This document shows positions 24,101 to 35,459 of a stretch of DNA of 64,000 bases, piece after piece. The position numbers were made by a program, and so were the translations under genes. The notes beneath the pieces were generated by a model, which saw nothing but the letters and a program-made list of their open reading frames with translations, ran no database searches and was not told the origin of the DNA. Every line of letters starts with the position of its first letter. Within the stretch, counting starts at the first letter, position 1. This DNA is from Sminthopsis crassicaudata. Lineage: Eukaryota. The stretch is from assembly GCF_048593235.1 (NCBI RefSeq), contig NC_133622.1:193223198-193287197 (forward strand), given 5' to 3'.

Positions 24101-25557
24101 CTGTGGCCATTTCTTTATCTTGTGTCTACTGGTCTTTTTCTGCTGCTGTGTCTGCCACTATCTTTGTCACTCAGATTCTGTGTGTCTATGCTCTTTTATC
24201 TTTGTCTCTGTTTCTGGGATGTCTCTGTTGGTTGCCTGTTTCTGTTTGAAACCCTCTGTTCGAAAAATTTCCCTCATATCTATGCATGTCTGTTTCTAGT
24301 CTGTGTGCTTGATTTTCTATTTCATTGTGTGACTATGCCTTCCCAGGTGTCTCTCATTGGGATTTTTTTCTGTTTGTTTTTTTAAGTGTTTCTCTTTTCT
24401 CCCCATCCCCCAATCCAAATCCCATCACCATCTTCTCAGTTTCTGCATTTCTACCCGCCTCTTCTCTCCCCCCCCCCACAGGCTAACCCCCATTACCTGA
24501 GACAGGCATTGAGAGGAGGAGGGGAAGGGAGGAATAGGATGAGAGGGAAAAGGAGGGGGCTCCGAGACCGGAAGAAAAAGGGGAAATGCAAGAGCCTTCA
24601 GCTTTCCACCCAGTTCCAGTTTCCCCTTCCTGGCCCTTGGGCCCTTGGTCATTGTCTTACACTCGACCTGGAGAGCTATGTCTCTTCAGATTCCCGGCCA
24701 CCCCTCAGACCTGAGACGCCCCCAGCATATCTGAAACATCTCAGGCCCAAGGAGAGAATTCTGGGGGAGGCATTCTTTAGGAGAGATATCCACAGCAGGG
24801 AGGTCTGAAATTAAAACCCAGGTAAAGAGGGATAGAGAGAGGAAGAGGAAAAAATAAAGAAGAGGAGCTTGTGAGCAAAGAAGAGGTAAGACAGACATGT
24901 CAATGACTGTTTTTTGAGAATTTAAAAAATCAGACCTTTGCGTTCTAGAAACCGGATTTATCAGTTGGGCTCTGAATGTGTGTTATGTGAGTTATGTGTT
25001 GGATATCTTGGCCTCTACAGGGCTGAGGGTTGGAGCTGGGAGGAGGGGCACATGGAGCCTCTCCTGGGACCCACTTTAATTACAGATTAAGTGAAACAAC
25101 ATCTATGGGACAGACATTGATTTGAGGGAAGAAAGGCAGCTCCCCGTTCTGCCGGCGGAGGAGCGGGGAGGTGGAGGGAGGGGTGTCTCCCTCCTCCCAG
25201 AAATAACCAATTGAGAGGCTCTTGAATCACTTAAGCCATCCTCCACACTTGGCTTCCTTCTGATCTTTGACCGTTAGTCAGTCACCAGTGTGAAGTGTCT
25301 ATTCTGTGTAATTGCGCAATTGTGTGTGAATGGTCGCGCTCCGTGTTTGCGGATATGGTGCCCTTTGTGGCTGTGTGTTTGTACCCCTCGAGTATTTGCG
25401 CTTGGGTTGCCCTATGTGGTCTTTGAGACGTTTCCTGAACGGACTGGTTCTCCCAATGAACGCTTCCCAGAGTGTCGCGGTTCCTACGCAGTCCGTTTCT
25501 CGGCGCTTCTGTTCTGGGGTCGAAAGCCGAGCGGGCTCCTTTACCTGGAGATGTGAG

Positions 25558-25817
25558 CTCCTTCCAACACGGCCCGGGCTCCCTCCTTCCAACACGGCCC
25601 GGGCTCCCTCCTTCCAACACGGCCCCGGGCTCCCTCCTTCCAACACGGCCCGGGCTCCCTCCTTCCAACACGGCCCGGGCTCCCTCCTTCCAACACGGCC
25701 CCGGGCTCCCTCCTTCCAACACGGCCCGGGCTCCCTCCTTCCAACACGGCCCGGGCTCCCTCCTTCCAACACGGCCCGGGCTCCCTCCTTCCAACACGGC
25801 CCGGGCTCCCTCCTTCC
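25558..25817. repeat. 25-bp CpG-rich minisatellite (VNTR), about 10.4 copies
   Basis: Unit CTCCCTCCTTCCAACACGGCCCGGG; two copies carry an extra C (26 bp). Confidence 0.97.
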
Positions 25818-27123
25818 CCCGAGAGCCGAGAAAGCCGAGGAACAGAAAGAAAGCGCGTAACACACAATCCCCACACAGTCCCCCCCCCCCCCCCCCCCCG
25901 AGAGGCAGGAGAAGACGGAAAGAGATCGCCAATAATCAATTGGGGAAGAGGCGGGAGAAGGTGAAACAGAAATGAAGGAAGCGAGAGAACGCACCATCCA
26001 CAGAGCCGGGCCCAGGGAACGCGGCCGAACCGCAGGCGGGACAACTTCCGTAATCCCCTCGCTTTTCGGGGCGGGGGAGGAGAGAGCCGAGAGGTTCAAA
26101 AGAACAAAAGCCGCTTTAGAGGTGGGAGGGGAAGCACCGGTGACAGGCCGTCAAACCGTGGGGACCCAGGAGTCCTCCCTCTGGTCGTCGGTGTCCGAGC
26201 CTGCACCCCTCTCGCCCCCCACAGGAAGTGCCGAGCGTTTGCCCGGGACGGCTCGTATCGCGGCGTGGTTGGTTTTGCTTTGTGTTTTTCGGAATATACC
26301 CGCTGGTGCGGGCGTGGAGGAGCTTGGGATTGGGTTTTTTCCAAGCCGGTTGCCGAGGCTCTGGACTGAGCCGCGGGATGTCTGTGGTTCGGTGAGACGG
26401 AGCCCCGAGAGACCGCGAGCGCGGCTGCCGAAGCCGGGTGGAGGGGCTCCCAGGCCTTGACCTCCCGCACCATTTCCTGAGGCCTATTAGGATTCCCGCG
26501 AAATTCGCCTGAGCCGGGTCTGCGCTGGATCGCCATGTCCTGGCGACGGCCCACAGAAGATGATCGGAGATCTGCGTGTGTGCTGTGTGCGTGCTTATAT
26601 GGCCAAGCTATGGGTCTCATGTCCCACCGGTACCCTGTGTTCCCGGGGTCTTTTTGCGTAAATCTAAGCTGTTTGTCTTTTCCAGCGTATGTGCAGGATC
26701 GTATGTGAGTCTCCCTCCGGGAACTTACTGGAGTCAGATGCCTCCGCCAACCTGAGGCTCCAAGGTCACCTAAGGCCCTGGGAGTGACTCCAGGCCTGGA
26801 CTAGGTCTCCAACCCATAGCCCTGGGGATTGGGGGGTCAGCTCCTACCTTGTCTGTTCCGGGTACTTCTCCTCTGTCCATCCAAGCTTTTTCATCCGAAG
26901 TTTGATGCTGCTGGGGGAATTCCCATTCATTGTAGAGGCCGGGACAGACACAGGTACCTCACTTTGGCCATGAGCTGCATGTGCCTCTGTCCTTTCATGT
27001 GTCTACGTCCCTTTGGGTCATTGAGTTTCTGTAGTGGTGATGGTGGGGAGATGTGTAGATGGCTTCCGCTAGGCCCCTCTTCCAGCACCAGGTCCACCAC
27101 CTTGTCCTGCACTTAAATCTCCC

Positions 27124-27179
27124 GTTTTTTGTTGTTTTTTTGTTTTGTTTTGTTTTGTTTTGTTGTTGTTGTTTTTTTA
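27124..27179. repeat. (TTTTG)n/(TTG)n microsatellite
   Basis: Read directly from the sequence. Confidence 0.9.
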
Positions 27180-28797
27180 TCTCCCAGTTTGCTCCGTACC
27201 TGTCCCAGTGCTATTAAATAGGTCTTGAGGCCCCGTCTTAAGACAGCTCAGAACTGAAGTCAGAATCCTCCTGGAAATCAAATCTGAAGCCTTCAGAGCA
27301 TCCAAGGGGCCAAAGTCAGGCTTAGAAAAGGAGACGGAAGGCTACTGCAGAGCACTGACACTGGGAAACGGAATCGGGAAACAGGGAGAAAGAAATGGAG
27401 GCGGGAGAATGGGGGGCATGGAGGGAGGTAAGCTTCTGGGCCTGGGACCCAGGCAGTGAAGAGGGTGGAACTGAAAAGAATGTACTAAGTACTAAGAGAA
27501 AGTCTATGGATTAGGCCCGAGAGGCTGAGGGCTCCCAGAAGCCTGAGGTTTCTATACCTCCTCACATGCCTCCTCCAATTGGCTCCCCCCAGCCCCTCTC
27601 CTGGCCTGTGGCTTTGACTACTCTGAGCAACCTCTGTTCTGGGGGTGCCAGACAGAGAAGGCTGTAGGGCTCGGTAGTGGCTGTTCTCCGGCCCAGCTAT
27701 GGTTGGTCTGCGGAAGCTGAGCAGTGCCCCAGCCCCACATCCCCGCATCCCTAATCATTTCCAGGTGCAGTCACCCCCATCGACTTGTGGACCCATCCTC
27801 TCTTTGGGGTTGGGGAGGAGGGTAGATTAGGATTGGGTTTGTAGAAGAGCGGGCCTAAACCAGGAGATTTGGAAGCTAGGCAGACACAGTTGCCCCCTAG
27901 GTCGCGTCACAGCTGGGTCCAACCCCCTCTTCCCTCACGGCTGGTTTTATCGCCCCCTCCTCAGCTCCCCTTTCTCCAGCCCCCCCCCCATCCACCCACC
28001 AACTCTTGCGCTGGGAACTTTTAAAAGCTCTTGAGGCCGCGGGAGAGGAAAAAAAAAAAAACAACCCTTTTATCGCCCGCAGTTTTATGGGCCAGAGAGG
28101 CTGCTCCCATTACGGGTTAGGGGCCCAGACTGGACAGCGGGGAGGGGCACAGTAGGGGGGGGACAGGGTCTGGCCATTAAGGGACAGGGGCGATAACCGT
28201 CAGAGTAAAGAAGCTGATTGGAAAGAAGCAGGAGTAAAGAGCCCATGGGCTCGCTGGTAGCCATCAGAGCGGGAGTCAGAAGACATCGAGGGATTGGGGA
28301 TATTCGGGGTAGCGCACTGTCTTGTCCCACGGAGTCTCCGAGGGTGTTCGGATCTAAGAGTCGCTTCCTCAGTCCGCGCTGGGGTCACCTGGGTCCGAGC
28401 CCGAGAACGGCAGAGCAGCTGGGGGCCCCTTGAGGTAGGGGTGGGTCTGGAGGAGGGATACGCAGCCCCCAAGCTCGGGGGCCGCCGCAAGCTCCGCCCC
28501 CCCTCCCCACCCAGTTGCCGCCTCCGGCCCCGAGGCCCTTTAAGGCTGGGCTAAGGCTCCGCTGGCGGGCGTAGGGCGGCACACGCTGAGCCGCCCGATT
28601 AAGGCAAAGAAGCAGCTTTAGGCTTGCCCCGCTCAGTCTGCTGGGCACGGACCGGGGCCCCGGGGGGCAGCGCGGGGCGTTCCCGGGGCCCGGAGCATGA
28701 GCCGATGCGCGGAGGAGGTGGGGGAGGAGGAAGAGGAGGCGGTGGAGCGAAGCTGGCTGCCGGGGCGGCGGGGACCCCTTGGCCCTGGGGCCCCGAC

Positions 28798-31294
28798 ATG
28801 ACCTCGGCCCAGGAGTCCGGGCCGCCGCCTGCAGTTTCCAATAAGCCGCTGACGCCCTTCAGCATAGCTGACATCCTGGGTCCGCCAGCTCGTCCGGCCC
28901 CGGTCCCAGTCCCCGTGCCGGCCCAGGGCCCTACTTCGCCTCTCTGCGCGCTGGAAGAGTTAGCCAGTAAGACCTTCCGCAGGCTCGACGGCAGTGCCCC
29001 GCAGGCAGCCGAAGGTAGGCGGCCAGACGCTCGGCCGAGATTCCCGTTGGAGGGAGGGAGTTTGGGGGTTGTTAAACTGCTGTTTTTAACGTGCACCCTG
29101 CAATAGCGCCCCCTCCGACTCCTACTTGCTCCTTTCCTCCTCTATCCCCTCTTTCTATACATTTTTCCTCTCTTCATTCCCGAATCCCCTTTCTTGCTCT
29201 TCTTCAACACCTCCGTCCCGATTGCTCTTTTTCTCCAGCCCTCCTTTCCCCTTCTTTATCCCTTTCTCCTCTTCCCTCTTTTCCTTGGTTTCCCTTCTCT
29301 ACCGACCTCCACTTTTCCTTCTATCTACCCCTTTTTCTCTTTCCCTGGGGTTCCTCTCTCCTCTCCCATAGTGGATTTGCTTCTTTTCTTCCCCTTGCTC
29401 TCCTCCCCCCCCCCCAATGATGCCCGTCTTTCATTCACTGTCGCCCTTTTAACTCGTCACCCCTTCTCCAACACCCTCCTCCCTCTTCGGAGTCCGGTTC
29501 CTTCGAAAACTCGGGCTACGACGGGAGCCTCCTCCGGATCAGCTCGAAATTGCCAAGGGTACTGTCCGGGGCAGCTCTATCCCGTCTTCCCTGGGCGTCA
29601 AAGATCTGTGCAGGACGTCGTCGGGTCCTTCCTTCGGCCGGCCGAGGTCTCTGTCCCACCTGAGCTCTCTAGGCAGTTCCGACCCGCAGAGAAAGCGCTG
29701 GCTTCCAAATGCTCGCGCGCGCGCACGCACACAATGGACCAAGGGAAGATAATCAGACGTTGGGGATTTGACAGCTACTGTTATTCTATACATTGCAACA
29801 AAGATGATTAAAAATTCTGTCAGGCTGAGAAAGACAAAGGGACAGAAACAGACGTGAAGAAAGAGCGAGATGGCAAGAGATCCAAGCCGGTTTAGGATCC
29901 GCCTTGGCGTCTCCCCAGGTTTGTAAGGTTCAGAGGTTCCAGGCTCATCCCTCCCCCGCTGTGCTTGTGTCTCTGAGGCTCTAACCCCTGCAGCGGCCCG
30001 TTTGGCTATCCGGAGGTGGAGGAGGGGCCCAGGGAAGGTGTGAGCCAAGCCACTGAGACAATCAGGAGGCCTGGGAAAGGCCCCGAAATCCCGGAGAAAT
30101 AGCCCTAAGAACTGAGGGAAAGGTCAGAGAGGGAAGCCCCTGGTCTCTCCCTTTTAACTCACCTGGCTGCTGAGGCCCCAGAGCTCAGATCAATCCCACC
30201 CGCCAGTCCCCTGACCTCTCCTGCATCTCTCTACCCCATGAACCTCTTCTCCTTTCCAAACCTTCTGTACTTCCAGCCCCCTCCCCCATTTCCCTTTTCC
30301 TTTGATTGCCTATCTCTGTCCTCTCAAGTCCCTACTTCTTTGTGCCTCCCTCCCCAACCCTAACTGCCTTAGTCCCTCGGTTCTTCTCAGCCCTACACCT
30401 CCCCTGACCTCTGTTTCAGACACCCCAATCAATCAAACCATCAACAAGTCTTCTCTGTGAATTCACTCCCCCCTCTTCTCCCCACCCCCCAGCCTTCACC
30501 CTGTGCTGGGAGGAAATGGAGAAAGAGCAATCCCCACTCTGAACCTGCTGGCTCCCAGAGTTGCTCATAACGTAATATTCCCAGGGGCCTCGAGTTCCCT
30601 ACCCCCTCTGCTTGGCGGAAAGGACCCTCGCGTTAGCCTCGTGGCCTTGGCTCTGCCGGACCCTCCTTGCCCATGAGGAGTTCATAGATCACCTCCTGTT
30701 TCCCGGGTTCTAATAGTGCCCACCCCCGGGCGTCTAGGGAATTCCCTGAACCCTGAGCCAGATTCCGCCTTGAGGTTGTGGAGGAGTCCGCAGTCTGCTA
30801 TAACGGCCCACGTTCTGCTGCGAAACTCGGCCTGTTCCCGGGGAGGTGCAGGTCCGGGTCCAGGCTCCCTGATTCCCCTGACCCTTCCTGTTCCTGCAGA
30901 TCGGACCGCGCTGAGCCCGCTGAGCCCCAGGCGGGTGACCCGCAGGCGTCGGAAGTCGCGGACCGCGTTCACCGCGCAGCAGGTGCTGGAGCTGGAGAGG
31001 CGCTTCGTCTTCCAGAAGTACCTGGCTCCGGCCGAGCGGGACGGACTGGCAGCTCGGCTGGGCCTGGCCAATGCCCAAGTCATCACTTGGTTCCAAAACC
31101 GCCGGGCCAAGCTCAAGAGGGACGTGGAGGAGATGAAGGCGGACGTGGCCTCCCTGCGTTCCCTGCCGCCCGCAGCTCTCCGCCGCTTGAGCCTCTCTCT
31201 GCCCGAACCAGGCTCCCAGCCTCCGGCCGACCCGGAACCCGGCAGTGACCCTGAGCCTGAGCTTTCAGAGGAGGAGATCCAGGTAGACGATTGA
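28798..31294 (+). CDS. LBX2: Ladybird homeobox 2, 203 aa (234 aa if ATG 28705 is used)
   Basis: Exons 28798-29014 and 30900-31294. [14 protein letters not shown]; [16 protein letters not shown]; homeodomain [59 protein letters not shown]; C-terminus EEEIQVDD*. Confidence 0.96.
29110..29490 (+). repeat. Long polypyrimidine (CT-rich) low-complexity tract in the LBX2 intron
   Basis: About 380 nt with very few purines on +. Confidence 0.8.
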
Positions 31295-34200
31295 AGAAAA
31301 AGTCTGGCCCTGGCTCTGGGTTACTGCGCTCGCTACCCTCGGCCGTTATCACGACTCGATTGCTGGCTGGGTCAGCTCAGAGGATCCCGGCTCCCCGATG
31401 GACTTCTATTGCTCGGTTTGCTGATTTATTCGTACAGCGTTCTCCTCCCATTCATTGTCCCTCCACTTCAGCCTCCACGCTATCCAATCCTCCCATTCTC
31501 TGGGGCTTTTCCCCAGATCCCAGAATAACTGGATCACTGGACCCCTCCGTCGTTTATTCCTATCGTGCTTGGAAGGCAGGGTCAGGACTCTGCATTGTTC
31601 CTCCTGCCACTCCCTTTAAGGGTCCTAAACCTCTCCATGAAGCTGGTTTCCTTACTCCCGAACTCGTGCTTCTGAGGTGTTCTCCACTTTCTCCATTTTT
31701 TGGAAAACCCAATAGTCTTCGCTACTGCTCCTCCTTATCCCAGTGGCCTTGTCTATTCGCCCTCGTTTTTCTCTTAACCTCGTCCCAATCTGACTATACC
31801 GCTCATTCTTCTAGGCTGAGGGTTTCCCCCCGCGCCAGACTCCGCCTCTCCCACCCGAGCTCCCGCCTTCGGAAGCCTAGGGCTCTCCGGCCCCTGTACA
31901 CTTTCACCTATCCTGTCCCCTGCCCTCCTTTTTAAGGACCCCCAAAGCACACGTTTCCTTTGCCGAAGCCTCGTTTTAATCGGATGCTAGAGTATATCCC
32001 AGCCATGGCCGTAGCCCGCGTCAGCCGGGTCTCCTGCCTGGTACAGCCGTCCGGCAGTTCCCGGCCGCCTCCCCACCTCCACCCCCGCCCCCGTCAGTGT
32101 GAATCAAGAGAATCCGACGCGGCTTTTCGCTTTTTTCCCTCCCGCGAGCGGGTGGAAAGGGTGGGCGCAGGCCACAGATGCTGGGGGCTCGGGTGCGTGG
32201 AACAACCCCTGCCTGGTACTTACGGATTGCAGGCCTGAGATCCGGGAGGGGTGCGTTCCCCCTTACCTCCCCCGCTCAGTTTTAAGAGCTGACTCCCCGA
32301 ATGGCTCCCCTCCCTCTCCCACAAGTGAGACGGCCCTCCGTTTCTAAATTGAATCCACTAAGCCCCGGGGCACCCCTCGGAATTCCTTTCTAAACGCGTC
32401 CCCAGCCCCCTCCTCATTCCAAGAGTTTATTAAGGATGACCTTGACCTGGATCCAACCCAGAACGACACGTGGGATGCGTAGAAAGCGAGACGAGAGCCC
32501 AGAGTCCGGGAGGCTACGGCGACAGCGCACTCCACCGGGTGCGTGGCTACCACCACCACCGCCGAGACAATGAAGTGCTTGGGGGACACTGTAACTCTCA
32601 CCGCGCAACGGTAACCGCACGGCGATACACTGTAACTAGCCTCCGACCGGGCCAGGCCTTTTGTACAGTTCCCCGGGGGATACAGTCACACGCCGCTGGG
32701 ACACTGTAACCCGGCCAGCGCACGCCGTTGTAACGTACGTGAAGCAATACTTACACCGCACGGTCGCACGGAACGGAGCAGGAACACCTTAACGAGAGCC
32801 ACACAAAGGCCTCCCCAAGTTGCTCCCCACCCCTCCATTCACAATTGTGGGTGTGGGCTAGAGTTGGGAACTTTCCCCACCCCCTACACTGTGGAGTGGC
32901 TGTCCCCCTCCCCGTCCCCCGGTAATTTCCCGGGTGACCGGGTCGCCGCTGGCTGCTGACATCCCCGGCTGAGTTTAATTCCTTCAACTTGTGATTAATT
33001 ACCCGCCCCCGCCCCCACCCTTCCCTCGGGTCTGTCTGCACATCAAACGCGGAGGGGGGGAGGGGCTGCGGGGAGCTACTGGACCAGAGAGAAAGAAAAG
33101 GGGAATTCTATGGTCGTTTACCCGGTTCTAGGCCGGGTAAGGTTTCCCTCAATCACCCCCTCACATTTATATTGTCTCCAAAAAAATCACCCACCCGCTC
33201 TCCCAAGCCCAACCCAGCCTCTCTGGACCCAATAAAATGTTAATCTGCACTCCCTTATGCTCTGGCTGAGTCTTTTCCCCTGGAAAACGAGAGCTTTGGG
33301 GTAAATCTGTGGGTTCTAACCCCAAGGAGCACAATATTATCCGAGTTGAGGGACAAGATACATATGGAAGAAAGTGAATCAAGAAGTCCAAGTCAAATCC
33401 TAACTTGGCTACTTTATTGTGTGATGTCACTTCACTCTTAGGCCTCTTTCCTTCTTTCTAAAATGAAGGAGTTAAGATTTCATATCCAAGGTTCCTTCTA
33501 GTTGTGACATTCACCCATAAATTTATAATTCATAAAGGGTAGGTTCCAAGAGTGGGGAAAGAAATCCCTTCTAGCCTCAGTGGCCAAAGAATATTTTCTT
33601 AAAGAGGTAAATTTAAATTGGCCTATATTTGATAGGTTGAGAGGGTTCCCATAAGGTGGCAAGAAGGGTGCCTCCCAAGGCCAAAATCTGCAGAGAATAA
33701 GTCTAGCTTATTGGAGGAGCGAGTAAAGTTTGGGATTTAAGTGTTGTGGGCTAGGTGAAGGGCAAGCTTCAGTGGCATCGATATGGAAATTGGGAAAGGA
33801 ATATATAATTAGGTACTGGGTGTAGGAGAAAAACTTGAAGGAAGGTTACCTGCAAGGAGGTAACCAAGAGGCATTAAATTAGGCTGGTGGAGTCTGGGCA
33901 GAGAGGAGACACTGGAAGGGAAGAAAGGATAGGATTTGTTGACTGGGAAGTCAGGAAGAGGGAGGAGTCATGGGGGTTTCTAAGCCCAGATAATTAAGGG
34001 TTTCATGGCACCATAGGGGATCAGGAAGGGGGAAATCAATTTCAGGAGTAAGAGGGTTGGCTTTGGGCAATTACTTCCATGAAGTCCCATCCAGCCCTCT
34101 CCCTTTGTTCAGGAGAACAAGACTATATAGTCCCCACTCTCTGCCCCACCCCCCAGTTCAGACATCCCCAAGCTAATTCCTTCAGGAAGTCTTCCCTGAT

Positions 34201-34517
34201 ATGACAGTTACATCAGGGAAAGGGAGAAGTTGGATGTATTCAATAGAAAAAGGACCAGAAGATGTTTGAAGTTGAGGAACATTTTATTGAGCTCAGTTCC
34301 TGAACTTGGAATGCAAGGGGACCCAGCACACAAAGCTCTGCCTCATCTGCCAGTAACCAGTACAGTACCTTCATCAGACACCAGGTATCAGGCTGGAGGT
34401 GAGCCCTGACTCAGAGCCTAGGACACACACAGGCCCTTAGCAACAGCAATCATCTTCAGGGTCCTGAATTCGGGCCCATATGAAGCTCACACACGCTTCT
34501 CTGGCCTTGAGACTTTG

Positions 34518-34815
34518 CTAGAGGCTCCTATGAGGAAGGAAGGATGTTAAAGGGAAGGGAAACCAAAGCTGGAAAAGTGATGGGAAAATATCAGGAAGAA
34601 AGCAGGTACTAAGAGGGAAGAGCATAGTATAGTTGCTGAAATGAGGAGAAAATTTTTTGTTCATGTGGCTAAATCGGAGGAAGTTGAGGACTGAAAAGAT
34701 CTAGTAATTTTAGAGAAGAAAGTTTCCTCACCAGGTTTTTGGCAACTGAAGGTGCTGAACTGAAGGTAATGAAACTGGAACTGGGACCGGCAGGACAAAC
34801 GGTCGGGGACCAAAT
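34518..34815 (-). CDS. TTC31: Candidate additional TTC31 coding exons 14 (34815-34732) and 15 (34527-34518, plus UTR)
   Basis: Strong acceptors (ccttccttccttgcttatattccaccag; catccttccttcctcatag), donor CTG|GTGAGG, phase-2 continuity from the donor at 37380, stop TAG at 34520-34518, AATAAA at 34288-34283. Confidence 0.6.
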
Positions 34816-34978
34816 CTGGTGGAATATAAGCAAGGAAGGAAGGGTCGTAAGAATGCATCTTTGTTACCTTCCCATCACACCCCAGAAGCTCATGGTCAGA
34901 AGACCACCCCAACACCCAGGGCATGACCCCTCCCCAAGAGAGGTAGCAGAAAGAAGGGCAGGGATCCAAGGGAACACC

Positions 34979-35142
34979 TTTTTTTTTTTTTTTTTTTTTT
35001 TTTTTGGTTGAAGCAATTGGGGTTAAGTGACTTGCCCAGGGTCACAAAGCTAGGAAGTATTAAGTGTCTGAGATCAGATTTGAACTCAGGTCCTCCTGAC
35101 TTCAGGGCTGCTACTCTATCCACTGTACCACCTTGCTGCCCC
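34979..35142 (-). mobile_element. tRNA-derived SINE with long polyA tail
   Basis: Minus strand GGGGCAGCAAGGTGGTACAGTGGATAGAG...GAGTTCAAATCTGATCTCAGAC; same family as 11385-11532; about 27-nt T-run on +. Confidence 0.88.
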
Positions 35143-35459
35143 AGAATACCCAATTCTTTACAGGGTTTATGCAAATGGAAGCTCAGGGTACATTTAAAAA
35201 TCTCTTGTTCAAATGGAGAGCTTAAAGACTTTCACTTACTGTCAAATTAAGTGACTTAACATTTCTGAGGAATTCTCATCTGTAACCCATTGTAGTGTTT
35301 AGAGAAAGTCTGTGAGCTTGAAAGCCATATAGAAATGAGAGCATGTCTTTTAATTCACAATGATTTCCAGCAAAATTCTAGGATCTATTATGAATGAAAA
35401 AAGATGGTTTAGAATAGGATAGAAACAGAAGATAACACTTAGAATAGGAAGGATTACTA

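Noticed and set aside
25558-25817. Repeat array considered as CRISPR-like
   Set aside because: Head-to-tail tandem units with no unique spacers, no cas genes, mammalian context.
25282-26099. Long repetitive ORFs in all six frames
   Set aside because: Created by the stop-free 25-bp minisatellite.
29091-29811. Hydrophobic Leu/Phe/Ser/Pro-rich ORFs in the LBX2 intron
   Set aside because: Translation of a polypyrimidine tract, not a membrane protein.
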